DNA from: Parcubacteria group bacterium
GTDB lineage: Bacteria > Patescibacteriota > Minisyncoccia > Moranbacterales > UBA2206
Length of the DNA: 64,000 nt
Assembly (NCBI GenBank): GCA_041674205.1
Contig: JBAYWF010000006.1
Coordinates: 410 to 64,409, forward strand
Direction: 5' to 3'
Below the pieces are notes generated by a model that saw only the letters and a list, made by a program, of their open reading frames with translations, was not told the origin of the DNA and searched no databases. Every line of letters starts with the position of its first letter. Within the stretch, counting starts at the first letter, position 1. The translations under genes and the position numbers were made by a program. Shown here one piece after another: positions 48,646-59,500 of the stretch.

Positions 48646-50352
48646 ATAAGTAACAACCGCGGAAACCGCTGGCCTTCGTTCACGCAATGGCCAAAAATAG
48701 TCCGAGTACTCAATCTGAAAGAAAAAGTCCTTTTTTATTCCCTTTTTTTCATCCTCATCGGTTCGGCAATCAGCTGGGGAGGCATCTATTATTATTCGAA
48801 AACTGAAGCTGTCGCAAACTACGGCGGGGAATATATCGAAGGGATAGTAGGCCAGCCGATGCATATCAACCCGGTCATTTCCGCGTCCAATGACACCGAC
48901 GACGATTTGGCACAAATGATTTTCAGCAGCTTGTTCAAATATGACGATCAAGGCAATCTGACCAATGATTTGATTGACAGCTATGAAGTTTCCGACGATA
49001 AGACCCAATACGCGATCCACATCAAGAAAGGCGTATTTTGGCACGATGGACAGCCGCTAACAGCTTCAGACATATTATTCACCATAAACCTCATCTCCGA
49101 TCCGGCCTACAAAAGTCCGCTGCGCTCGAATTGGCAAGGCATCGAAACGGATATCACTGATGATTATTCCCTGGAATTCAAAATAAAGACACCCTATGTC
49201 GGCTTTTTAAACAATCTGACATTCGGTATTTTGCCGAAACATATTTGGGAATCGATCGGGCCTGACAAATTTTCCTTGACTGACCTGAATCTTGAGCCGA
49301 TCGGCAGCGGTCCCTACAAATACGGCTCCTTCCAAAAAGATTCGAGAGGCAATATCCTTTCCTATAAACTGGTTGCCAACCCGAATTATTTCGCAGGCAA
49401 ACCCTATATCTCAAAAATAACCTTCGACTTCTATCCCGATGACGAATCCATCATCGCCGCTTACAATACCAAAGAGATTATGGGTATCAGCAATACTTCC
49501 CCGAAAAAACTTTCTGCCATAAAATTACAACAAAGCACCGCGACCCATAAATTCAATATCCCGAGATATTTCGCGGTCTTTTTCAACCAATCCAAAAGCG
49601 TACCTGTGGCTACCGATGAGGTGCGTGAAGCTCTGGCCTATGCCACCGACCGCCAAGAGATAATTGATGCTGTCCTGGATGGCAACGGCAATCCGGTTTA
49701 TTCCCCTATCCTGCCCGGGATGGTCGGCTACGATGAAAATATGGACAAAAGGAATTTCGATTTAGATAGGGCCAACCAGCTGTTGGACTCCAACGATTGG
49801 CAGCGCGGCGAAGACGGTATTCGCGCCAAAAATGACGTGCGATTGGAAATCAACCTGATCACTACCGATTGGCCGGAATTATCCCAGACAGCCGAAATTT
49901 TGAAAAACCAATGGGGCAAAATCGGCGTTATGGTCAACATCAACAACCTATCAGTTTCCGATATCCAACAGAATTATATCCGGCCACGGGAATATGACGC
50001 GCTTTTGTTTGGCCAAGTCCTGGGCGCCGATCCCGATCCGTATTCCTTCTGGCATTCTTCTCAAAAAAGGGATCCGGGCCTGAACCTGTCGCTTTTCGGA
50101 GATTCCGAAACCGACAAATTGATCGAGGAAGGGAGGATAGAATTCGATTCAGGCAAAAGGGCTTCCATCTATGCCGATTTCCAGAAAAAATTGAACGATG
50201 AAATCCCCGCTATCTTCCTCTACAGCCCGGACTATGTCTATCCGGTCAATAAAAAAGTCCAAGGCATCGGCGTTACGAATCTCATCCTGCCAAGCGAACG
50301 TTTTGCCGGCATAGACAAGTGGTACATCGCGACTAAGCGGATCTGGAAATGA
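48646..50352 (+). CDS. peptide/nickel ABC transporter substrate-binding protein (family 5); start uncertain
   Basis: WHDGQPLTASD, PIGSGPY; frame open back to 48637 including an N-terminal TM anchor. Confidence 0.9.
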   Translation: MSNNRGNRWPSFTQWPKIVRVLNLKEKVLFYSLFFILIGSAISWGGIYYYSKTEAVANYGGEYIEGIVGQPMHINPVISASNDTDDDLAQMIFSSLFKYDDQGNLTNDLIDSYEVSDDKTQYAIHIKKGVFWHDGQPLTASDILFTINLISDPAYKSPLRSNWQGIETDITDDYSLEFKIKTPYVGFLNNLTFGILPKHIWESIGPDKFSLTDLNLEPIGSGPYKYGSFQKDSRGNILSYKLVANPNYFAGKPYISKITFDFYPDDESIIAAYNTKEIMGISNTSPKKLSAIKLQQSTATHKFNIPRYFAVFFNQSKSVPVATDEVREALAYATDRQEIIDAVLDGNGNPVYSPILPGMVGYDENMDKRNFDLDRANQLLDSNDWQRGEDGIRAKNDVRLEINLITTDWPELSQTAEILKNQWGKIGVMVNINNLSVSDIQQNYIRPREYDALLFGQVLGADPDPYSFWHSSQKRDPGLNLSLFGDSETDKLIEEGRIEFDSGKRASIYADFQKKLNDEIPAIFLYSPDYVYPVNKKVQGIGVTNLILPSERFAGIDKWYIATKRIWK

Positions 50353-50362
50353 TATAGATTTT

Positions 50363-50394
50363 AAAAAAAGCTCTCCGTACGGAGAGCTTTTTTT
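50363..50394. terminator. bidirectional terminator
   Basis: Perfect palindrome AAAAAAAGCTCTCCGTACGGAGAGCTTTTTTT. Confidence 0.85.
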
Positions 50395-50414
50395 ATCGGT
50401 TGGGAAAATCACAT

Positions 50415-51329
50415 TTAATTGCCTGGCACTATGACATCGAACGGTTTATCTTTGCCATAAGCCTTCGGCCCGTAGTCATTGCAGTAGTTCGCGATATTTT
50501 CCTTGAAATACGGATGGTTATTCGCCTGGATCTTGCCCACCAGATAATAGGTCACACAGAGGATGGTTCCGAAACCGGCATTCCCAGGCAAATCGAGAGA
50601 CCAGCGGTGCTTCGGCTTTCCAAAATATCCGCTATCGCCGTTGATGCTTATAACCAGTTCTTCTTCGGATGGGATAACGAATTTCGCATGCCGCGCGTGC
50701 CCTTCGGAAAAAGCGCGCAAAGAAAGATGCGGACCGAACAATTCATTTTTCTTAATATCCAGCATCGGACAGATATTTAAAAATCTGTCCGGCAAAACAA
50801 AGGCGAAACTTTTATGGCTGGAAAAACCTTTCGGCAACCGCAATCCCTTGAGGATGCTCCTGATTTCTTTGGGATCTTCCTTGGTCGCTGACAATACCAT
50901 TCCGAGATAGGTCGAAACATTATAGGTGTACGGTTCATCGATTTTTCTATAAACAAGCACTTCGTCCGCGATTTTAGCCGCGGATGATCCGGCATCGCAA
51001 GTCAGCAAGGTCGTTTTCAGTTTATGCTTTTTTGCCAAAGCCACCTCCCAAACCGAATCTTTTTCCCCTGAGGCGGAAATGATGATCGCTTGGGTTATCA
51101 GGCCCTTTTTGATAACCGCGCCGTAGGATTTGATAGTGCTTTTAAAATTGCTCTCATCGGCAAAAATAGCCGCCTTATCGGAAAAAATTATCGTGCCGGC
51201 GTTATATGCATTTCCACTGCCGACCACGAAGGGCAGATTGAATTTTTTCAAGTCGAACTTAGGCACTTTGTTTTCCGCAAAAAAATCCAACGCCCGGATG
51301 ACATTCTCGTCAAGATTGATAAGTTCCAT
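50415..51329 (-). CDS. SIS-domain (sugar isomerase-like) protein
   Basis: VVGSGNAY, ISASGE motifs; divergent from manC. Confidence 0.65.
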   Translation of the reverse strand: MELINLDENVIRALDFFAENKVPKFDLKKFNLPFVVGSGNAYNAGTIIFSDKAAIFADESNFKSTIKSYGAVIKKGLITQAIIISASGEKDSVWEVALAKKHKLKTTLLTCDAGSSAAKIADEVLVYRKIDEPYTYNVSTYLGMVLSATKEDPKEIRSILKGLRLPKGFSSHKSFAFVLPDRFLNICPMLDIKKNELFGPHLSLRAFSEGHARHAKFVIPSEEELVISINGDSGYFGKPKHRWSLDLPGNAGFGTILCVTYYLVGKIQANNHPYFKENIANYCNDYGPKAYGKDKPFDVIVPGN

Positions 51330-51457
51330 TTGATTCCAAATAATGATTATGGCTTTATCTTAACATATTTCCCGAAACCGGCAAAAAAACCATTTGACCC
51401 GGCCACCCATTTCCCATAAAATACTAGAGTAGGTCTTATCATTAAAAAAACACGACT

Positions 51458-52843
51458 ATGTACAGCGTAATTCTCTGCGGCGGTTCAGGCACCCGGCTTT
51501 GGCCCCTTTCCCGCAAAAGCTTCCCTAAACAATTTTTGAGCCTATATTCCGACAAGTCCCTTATCCAGGAAACTTTTTTGCGCATAAGGAAAATTATGCC
51601 AGCCGAAAATATCTATTTCATAACCAATCAAACTAACTATTTCAATGTTTTTGATCAAATCGAAGAAATTTTTCCTGGACTAAAAAAAGAACAGGTCATA
51701 ATTGAACCGACTGCGCTCAACACTGCTCCAGCCATCGCTCTAGCGCTAAAATACATGGCAGAAAAAATGAACATACCGCAGGATGCGCCTACTATTATCC
51801 TACCTTCTGATCATTATATCGGAGATACTGAAGCCTTTATTAAAGTTGCCAAAAACGCCATGGAAAAAGTTGCTGATAATATTGGAACTTTAGGCATTAC
51901 TCCAACAGCCCCTGAAACTGGTTACGGCTACATCCGCAAAGGCGAGAAAACTGATTCACGCTATAAAGTTCTACAATTCAAAGAAAAGCCTGATAAAAAA
52001 ACAGCTGAACAATATATACTAACTGGTGAATATGTTTGGAATAGCGGCATGTATATCTTTAATGAAAAAACTTTTGCAGAGGAACTGCAAAAATATGCGC
52101 CGGAGATATATGTTTCTTATGCCAAGGGATTGACGGAATTCGAGCAAAATTTCAAAAACCTTCCATCTATCTCAATTGACTATGCCATATCAGAAAAGTC
52201 CGACAAGGTTGTAACATTCGAGGGTGATTTTGGCTGGAGCGATATCGGATCATTTGACATCCTTTCAAATATAATACAACAGAAGAATATTGATCAAAAA
52301 AACCATGTTTTGATTGATTCCAAAAATATTTTTATCCATTCCGTCACTGATAAATTAGTCGCTGTTTCCGATGTGGAAGATTTGATTATCGTGGAAAATG
52401 ATGATTGCATTCTGGTCCAGAAAAAGGGCAAGAGTGAAAATGTAAAAAAAATAGTGAACTATTTAAAAGAACACGACCGCAAAGAAGTCGACCACAACAT
52501 CATGGGTTACCGTCCATGGGGCAAATACAAAGTCCTGGTCGATGATGCCAACCACAAGGTCAAAAAACTGATCGTCTATCCGGGTGCCACCCTTTCCTTG
52601 CAATCCCACAACCGCAGGAGCGAACACTGGGTCGTAGTCCGCGGAACAGCCCGAGTGATAAACGGCGACCAGGAAATAGACCTCCAAGAAAATGAAAGCA
52701 CCTATATCCCGGCCACCCACAAACATCGCCTTTCCAACCCAGGCAAAACGGATTTGGAAATCATAGAAGTACAAACCGGGGACTATTTCGAAGAGGATGA
52801 CATTATCCGCTACGATGATATCTACAATCGCATTAAGCGATAA
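51458..52843 (+). CDS. manC: mannose-1-phosphate guanylyltransferase/mannose-6-phosphate isomerase
   Basis: GGSGTRLWPLSR, PKQF, PETGYGYI, WSDIGS, RPWG, C-terminal cupin. Confidence 0.96.
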   Translation: MYSVILCGGSGTRLWPLSRKSFPKQFLSLYSDKSLIQETFLRIRKIMPAENIYFITNQTNYFNVFDQIEEIFPGLKKEQVIIEPTALNTAPAIALALKYMAEKMNIPQDAPTIILPSDHYIGDTEAFIKVAKNAMEKVADNIGTLGITPTAPETGYGYIRKGEKTDSRYKVLQFKEKPDKKTAEQYILTGEYVWNSGMYIFNEKTFAEELQKYAPEIYVSYAKGLTEFEQNFKNLPSISIDYAISEKSDKVVTFEGDFGWSDIGSFDILSNIIQQKNIDQKNHVLIDSKNIFIHSVTDKLVAVSDVEDLIIVENDDCILVQKKGKSENVKKIVNYLKEHDRKEVDHNIMGYRPWGKYKVLVDDANHKVKKLIVYPGATLSLQSHNRRSEHWVVVRGTARVINGDQEIDLQENESTYIPATHKHRLSNPGKTDLEIIEVQTGDYFEEDDIIRYDDIYNRIKR

Positions 52844-52921
52844 AACTGGAATTTTTCAGACTGATTTAAGCTTTATTCAAGCCAAAAATTTTTATATTGC
52901 CTTGAAACCGGCTTGCTAGGG

Positions 52922-52950
52922 TTGACTTTTTCCCCCAAATAGTGTACCAT
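52922..52950 (+). promoter_or_regulatory. putative rnj promoter
   Basis: TTGACT-N17-TACCAT. Confidence 0.55.
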
Positions 52951-53250
52951 CAATCCATAACATACTTCTTGATCAATTTATCCTTCTAACTTTTTCTAGA
53001 TTTATCAGTTCAATTTCGGCTTTTTTGCCTTTTTATTAAGGCGCCCTCTTATCCATTTTCACACCATCCGCCTATCCACCCAATCATCCAGCCGATTATC
53101 GATCTTATCATCCCGGGATTTTCTACTGCAAGTTATATTTTTTCCAGTTATGAAAATCATGGGTGATAAGACCGATAACGCATTAATTTTAAAAAACCAA
53201 TAAATTTGTTTATTTTGTAATCATAAGTTACAGACAGATTTAAAAAAATC

Positions 53251-55158
53251 ATGTTTAACAAAACAAACCCACCTGTCCATCCGGCAGGCGGATCACCAAG
53301 CAGACAGGCTAAGCCGCAACGCCACGCCCGAAGTTTGGCACGTCCGGCATATGCCAAAACCGAAGCGAAACCGCTTCCAGCTACGGATCCGAACGCCCCG
53401 CTAAAAAACCGCGGCAGGTCCCGGATGGACCACTCGCAAATACAAATGAAACCGGCCATTGTCCAGGCCAAGCCGGGCAGCCAATCTAAAGATAATCTGC
53501 GCATCATTCCATTGGGCGGCCAAGAAGAAGTCGGACGCAATATGACGCTCTTCGAATATGATGGAGATATCGTAATCTTGGATATGGGAATGATGTTCCC
53601 GGAAGAAGATATGCCCGGTATCGACTACATCATACCGAATATAAGCTATTTGAAAGGCAAAGAAAAACAGATACGCGGCGTAATCCTCAGCCATGGACAT
53701 CTCGACCATATCGGAGCCGCTCCCCTTCTACTCAAGCAGCTTGGATACCCGGCAGTTATCGGACGAGATATGACCATCGCTTTGGTCAAGAAAAAGATGG
53801 AAGATTTTGAGAAAGGCTCTGCCGAAAATTTGAAAGTGATGCGGGTCAACTCCGTGACTGACAAAATAACTTTGGGTAAATTCAGAATTGAATTTTTTGA
53901 AGTTGAACACTCCATTATGGATGCTGTCGGGGTCATCATCCGGACTCCCCACGGTACGGTAATCCATCCCGGCGACTGGACGATGGAAAAGGACTCTTCC
54001 GGAAAATCACTGGTCACTTACACAGAATTGGCCAAATTACCTAGTCCGAGAATCCTGATGTTGGAAAGTCTGGGAGCAATCAATACCAATCCAAGCCGCA
54101 CGACGGAAGAAGAAATGTACGCCAATCTGGAAAGATTGATCGATGAAGCACCAGGAAAAATTATTATCGGGATGTTTTCTTCACAAATCAACCGGATAGG
54201 ACATATCCTGGAATATGCCGAGCAAATCGGCAAAAAAGTAGCCTTGGACGGCTATAGTATGAAGATGAACGTCGAAATCGCCAAAGAATTAGGCTATATC
54301 AAGATGCACAAAGCGACTCTGATTCCCGTCGCGGACATCAGCAAGTTCCCGCAAAATAAAGTCATCATAATCTGCACCGGCGCCCAAGGGGAAGGCAACG
54401 CCGTGCTTTCACGGATAGTCAATGGCGAACACCGCCATATCCAGATCCAAAAGGATGATACGATCATATTCTCCTCATCCGTAGTCCCCGGCAATGAACG
54501 GACGGTTCAAAGATTGAAGGACAACCTCTATCGCAAATGTGACAACGTGATCCACACTGACATATTGGACGTGCACATCAGCGGCCATTGCAGCGCCAAC
54601 GATATCCAAGACATATTACGGCAAATCCAGCCTGATTTTTTCCTCCCAGTTTATGGCAACCACTATATGCTCAAAGAGGCTGAGAAATTAGCCCAGAGGA
54701 TAGGATTCAGGAAAGACCATATATTCGTTATGGATAATGGCAACATACTCGAAATCCAAAAAGACAAAGCCAAACTTCTGCCGAACAAAGTCGATACGAG
54801 CTATGTGATGGTCGACGGGCTTGGCGTCGGGGATATCGGCCAAGTGGTTTTGCGCGACCGCCAATTGTTGGCCCAAGACGGAATGTTCGTCATCACCGTC
54901 ATTATCGACAGCAAGACTAAGAAAATCATCGGAAAACCACAAGTCACTTCGCGCGGATTTATCTTTGTTAAAGAAAATTTCGATTTGGTGAACGCCACTA
55001 AAAAGAAAGTCGAAGAGATCGTCGAGAAAAAAACCTCGCCTGATACGGCTGTCAACTGGGATTATGTGAAAAACAATATCCGCGAAACCGTCGGATCATT
55101 CCTCTATTCAAAGACTCAAAGAAGACCGATGGTCTTGCCGGTCGTGATTGAGGTCTAG
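53251..55158 (+). CDS. rnj: ribonuclease J
   Basis: PLGGQEEVGRNM, HGHLDH, TGAQGE, HISGH, RRPMVLP. Confidence 0.97.
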   Translation: MFNKTNPPVHPAGGSPSRQAKPQRHARSLARPAYAKTEAKPLPATDPNAPLKNRGRSRMDHSQIQMKPAIVQAKPGSQSKDNLRIIPLGGQEEVGRNMTLFEYDGDIVILDMGMMFPEEDMPGIDYIIPNISYLKGKEKQIRGVILSHGHLDHIGAAPLLLKQLGYPAVIGRDMTIALVKKKMEDFEKGSAENLKVMRVNSVTDKITLGKFRIEFFEVEHSIMDAVGVIIRTPHGTVIHPGDWTMEKDSSGKSLVTYTELAKLPSPRILMLESLGAINTNPSRTTEEEMYANLERLIDEAPGKIIIGMFSSQINRIGHILEYAEQIGKKVALDGYSMKMNVEIAKELGYIKMHKATLIPVADISKFPQNKVIIICTGAQGEGNAVLSRIVNGEHRHIQIQKDDTIIFSSSVVPGNERTVQRLKDNLYRKCDNVIHTDILDVHISGHCSANDIQDILRQIQPDFFLPVYGNHYMLKEAEKLAQRIGFRKDHIFVMDNGNILEIQKDKAKLLPNKVDTSYVMVDGLGVGDIGQVVLRDRQLLAQDGMFVITVIIDSKTKKIIGKPQVTSRGFIFVKENFDLVNATKKKVEEIVEKKTSPDTAVNWDYVKNNIRETVGSFLYSKTQRRPMVLPVVIEV

Positions 55159-55180
55159 CAGCTTGATTTAAAAAAAACAT

Positions 55181-55213
55181 AAAAAAAAGACTGTTCCTGG
55201 ACAGTCTTTTTTT
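55181..55213. terminator. bidirectional terminator
   Basis: A-run GACTGT-loop-ACAGTC T-run. Confidence 0.8.
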
Positions 55214-55240
55214 ATATACAAAATATTTTGTACTCGATTA

Positions 55241-56395
55241 TCAATCCAGCTTAAATTCGCTTCCGCCGATAACTAAAATGTCCGCTTCCGGCTTCGTTTC
55301 TCCATCCGGAAAAATCCCGACTTCCCCGCCCAATGACCCAGCGATTTTTTTAGCCAAATCAGGATGGCTTCCGGAAACATCGATCACCAAAGTCTTGCTA
55401 TAATCTCCATTGGCATTGATCGCCTGAACGACTGAAACTCCCGGCATCGACGAAATCATCTCGCCGATTTTTTTCGCCAATCCTTTTATTTTCGAACCGT
55501 TATAAATCGCCACTTTTGCTGGAGATTCCACGGCCAACACTCCTTCCTCAGCCACCTGATTCTCATCCCCGCCGGCGGTTTGCGCGACCGGAGCCGTGTC
55601 TACCGTATTGGATTGATCACCCATTTCGGAGGTCGGTGAAAATTCGATTATCTTACCTATCGACGGACGATACAGGACGACTTTCTGATTCTCCTTATAA
55701 ATCAACACCCGGTCGCCGTTTTGCGCCTTATTGAAAAATTTCTGTGTCTTGATCTTATCGGCATCCGTCACCGTGGCGATTACCGGATCTTCTCCGATCG
55801 GCAGTTCGATAAGCCTCTCAACAGCCGACTTGGTCATCCGGACATCATCCTGTCCTGCGCCATCCGACAGCTGGGCCGCGCTATTTTCCCGCCCGGCTCC
55901 CGCCCCCAGATGTTTAGCATAAAAAAAGTAGGCGGCGGCACCTGCGCCGACTATGCAGATTCCGACAATGCCAATCCATATTAACCGCTTGGACTTCCTC
56001 GCCTTCATACGTCTCCTATAGGACGCCGGATCAGCCTTATCCACCCACTCCATCTCCTCCAACTTTTCAGATTTAGCCGGCCGGGCTGCTTTTTTCGATA
56101 CCGTTTTTTTCACTTCAACCACCGCCTTCTTTTTGCCAGCTTTCAGTGACGTTCCCGCAAGTCCGTCTTGTTTCTTTTTGTCCGCCGCATCTTGGCTGCC
56201 TTTCCTTGAAAAAATTTCTTGCTTCATATCCGCCACTGGCTTCTCTTGCGCGACGCTTCCAATCGCCGGTTCAATCGGTTGTTTCGCCGCCCCATCCTCC
56301 TGTTTTTTTCCTATGGATTTCCGGGCCGGTTTTTTTTTCGCGAACAATTTATCGATCGTTTCTATTTTTGATTTTTCTTTTTCAATTTTTTCCAT
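55241..56395 (-). CDS. membrane protein with LytR C-terminal domain
   Basis: Single TM; AIYNGSKIKGLA...ADILVIGG. Confidence 0.85.
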   Translation of the reverse strand: MEKIEKEKSKIETIDKLFAKKKPARKSIGKKQEDGAAKQPIEPAIGSVAQEKPVADMKQEIFSRKGSQDAADKKKQDGLAGTSLKAGKKKAVVEVKKTVSKKAARPAKSEKLEEMEWVDKADPASYRRRMKARKSKRLIWIGIVGICIVGAGAAAYFFYAKHLGAGAGRENSAAQLSDGAGQDDVRMTKSAVERLIELPIGEDPVIATVTDADKIKTQKFFNKAQNGDRVLIYKENQKVVLYRPSIGKIIEFSPTSEMGDQSNTVDTAPVAQTAGGDENQVAEEGVLAVESPAKVAIYNGSKIKGLAKKIGEMISSMPGVSVVQAINANGDYSKTLVIDVSGSHPDLAKKIAGSLGGEVGIFPDGETKPEADILVIGGSEFKLD

Positions 56396-56538
56396 AACAC
56401 AAAGTTGATGAAAATTAATGTATGGATAAATCTTATCACAAATTTATTTTATGCACAACAAAAAAATTCCAAAATAAAAAATCCCGCCAGGAAATCGGGA
56501 TTTTTTATTTTCTTCTATCTAAATATCTTTTTGTCTTA

Positions 56539-59500
56539 TTATGGCATCGCCGCTACGGCTACGGTTCCATCGCCGATTATCGCCGTATCAGCTTCTGTTA
56601 TCTCCGCATTTTCCACGCTTAGGGCATCGTCTTCCGCCATTACTTGTCCGGAATCTCCGGATTTGATATCATCCGATTCTTCTGTCGCAACATATTCTTG
56701 TTTATCTTTCGAATCTTTATCCTTGCTGTCGCTAACGGATATTTTCGCATCCTTGACCGCCACCGCTTGCCAAGAAAAAGTGATTTCAGATATGGCTTTT
56801 TGGTCGATGCGGATTTCAAAACCATTTTCCGTAACATCGGTGATTATGAACCTGATGCCGCTTAACAGCAATAGATCCTCGGAGGCCTGACGCACTTCAT
56901 CGTTATCGATCTGTTGCAATGACAAACTGGCATTGACTACCGGCGCCTCGGCATATTCTTTTTCAAATTTTATTTTTACGCTGTCCTGGCCGTCATTTAT
57001 CACCGCGTATCCGGCCGTATCTTGGTTAAATATCGCCTGACCGGCAAATTCGACGTCTTTGCGGAAAATAGCTTTGTCCAAAAATTCGACAGCGGATTTG
57101 AATGACACCCGTTCACGGAATTCAACTATGCCGTTTATGATCAATTCGCCGGATTTAACACTCAAAGATTTGATCGTCTTTTGGATATCGGCAATTTTCT
57201 GACCCAAACTTTTGACTTCGTTCGTGTTGTCCTCCGCGGCGTCTTGCGCGCTTTGGATTCCGGTTTCCATAATTTCCAAACCTTCGATATGTTCAGCCTT
57301 GATAGTTTTCGCGATGATACTGTCCGCCACCACTTGCGGTGTCACCACTTCCAATCCAGCCACGAGCCTATCGCCCACGATTTCACTGACCGGCGCCGCA
57401 ATATCGATTTGCGCCTTGTCAAGCAAAAGTTTTTGCAAAAGATCCGTTCCGGATAACGCTTCATTTTCACTATCGGCAATTTGTGTTCCATTGAAATAGG
57501 CGTTTTTCACGAAAGTCAGTACCAGACCGACCGTATCGTCCGCATAACCGAAATCCTGCAAGGCTTGTCCGATTACCAGGCCAGCCTTAGTCGCCTTCAT
57601 CGCCACGCCCGGCACGGAAGATGCAGTCAAATAATCTCCAGCCACTACCCGTCCGTTTTCACTGGAAACCTTTACCGGGATGCGTCCCGCCAGCGCCACT
57701 GCGACCGCACGCCCCTGTCCGATTCCAATCGCGTCATCCAAAGTAATGCCCGGATTGGTCGAAATCACACCGATCACATTCTGATCATAAATTTTCTCTG
57801 ACTTTTTAATTCCCGCTGATATTTCCCCATTGATTGCCACGACATCGCCCGGTTCAATGGAATCATCCTGGGTATAATAATTTTCCGCCAAGTCAGCTCC
57901 CAATTCAGCCAATTCCACGATGACTTGATTAGGCGTATCGGTCGCCGTACCGGCCGAATCGGAACTGGTACATACGGTGTATTTGATCGTGCCAGTTGTA
58001 GCCGGGCTGTCGATGAACGTTCCGACGATTTGCCAAGGTTGCGAAGTAGAAGTCGTGAAATTGCCGATTATCGGCACTCCGACATTCGTGGCCGAAGCAC
58101 AAGAAGGATCGCTTCCATCGGTCGTCCGCACGATCCGCGCCGCCAAAATCGCGTCAGCATTGGTATTGGAAGTTTGTCCATAAACCTGCACGTGCACCAA
58201 GACCGTAGAGCTGGCGGAATCAGTCGCGATATTCGGCTTGGTCGCGTCATTGAAAACTTCCGTCGTATTCGAATCGGTCCAAGCCGCCGGCGTCGCATCA
58301 GTGAAAACCGCCGTATCAGGCAAGGAAGATGCGGCCGTAGAAATGCAATCTTTCCAAGAACCGTTTTCATAACATCTGAATTTACCTAAAGCGGTCGAAT
58401 AATACATCGCGCCGTCCGTGCCAGCCGGTTCCGCTGATCCGCTATCCAACACCAGCATATCCGGCGTCGCCGAAGCCGCCCCGCCGTCGCCGATTTGGAC
58501 ATTGCCGGTTCCGGTGCCGTTCACATTAACATTCAAGGCCGCCTGATTGCTGGTTATACCCGCGGCGTTATCGACGGCCAACGCGCCGCCGTTAATGACG
58601 ATTCCGCCGGAACCTACCGAGATACCGGTGGTCAAGCCGGTGCCGATGGAGATTCCGGTGCCGATATTGTTACCGATGTTGATTCCGGTAGAAATAGCTC
58701 CGGCTGTTTCCAAAATATTGATAGCATTCGTAACCGAACCCGCACCGGTCTGTTCGAAAAGCAAACCATTGGTCAAAACACCTGATGCGATCGAATTGAA
58801 AATCCGTTCCGCTGAAACTCCGGCCGTATCCTGGTTTTCTATTGTGAAAGAAGTCGGAGTCGCGACCTCGCCCAGCGTGAATGCGATGTTTTTGCCAGTA
58901 GTGGTCGTAATCGTATTACCCCCAGCTATATCATATGAACTTTGCAAAGTCGATGAACCTCCGGCTGCCCCGTCGATTTGCTCCCAAGTCGCCGCTCCAA
59001 CCACTACGCTGGTCGCGATATAAGCGGTCGATGTAGCCGTATTGACCCAAACCGTCCCGACAACATAACCGTCCGCAGCGTCCTCATTGGCCGTCGGATT
59101 TACCGCGGCGTTATGCTGGGTCACGCTCAGCTGTGTCGCCACACCGGCGTCAGCCACAGTCGCGGTCGTATTGATAAACGCATTCTTGCCGATAAAGTTG
59201 CGCTCGGCCGTGTTGGAAACGATATTGATTCCAGTGTCCCAAGCGTTACTGATTCCATTTATGGAGTTATTGGAAAAATTATTATCATCCGCGTTACCGG
59301 TAATCCTGATCGCCACTGTCACCAGATCGGAAGCTCCGTTGATGATATTGTTCGTGAACAAGTTGCGATGGAATCCGGTATTAGCCGCCGCTCCGATTAT
59401 AACGCCCGTCCCGAATCCCACTCCGCCGTTAGCCGAACCATCGACCGTATTGGAAGTGAAAGCTGAATCAGTCATTTGCTTCAAGCTGCCTGAATCCAAT

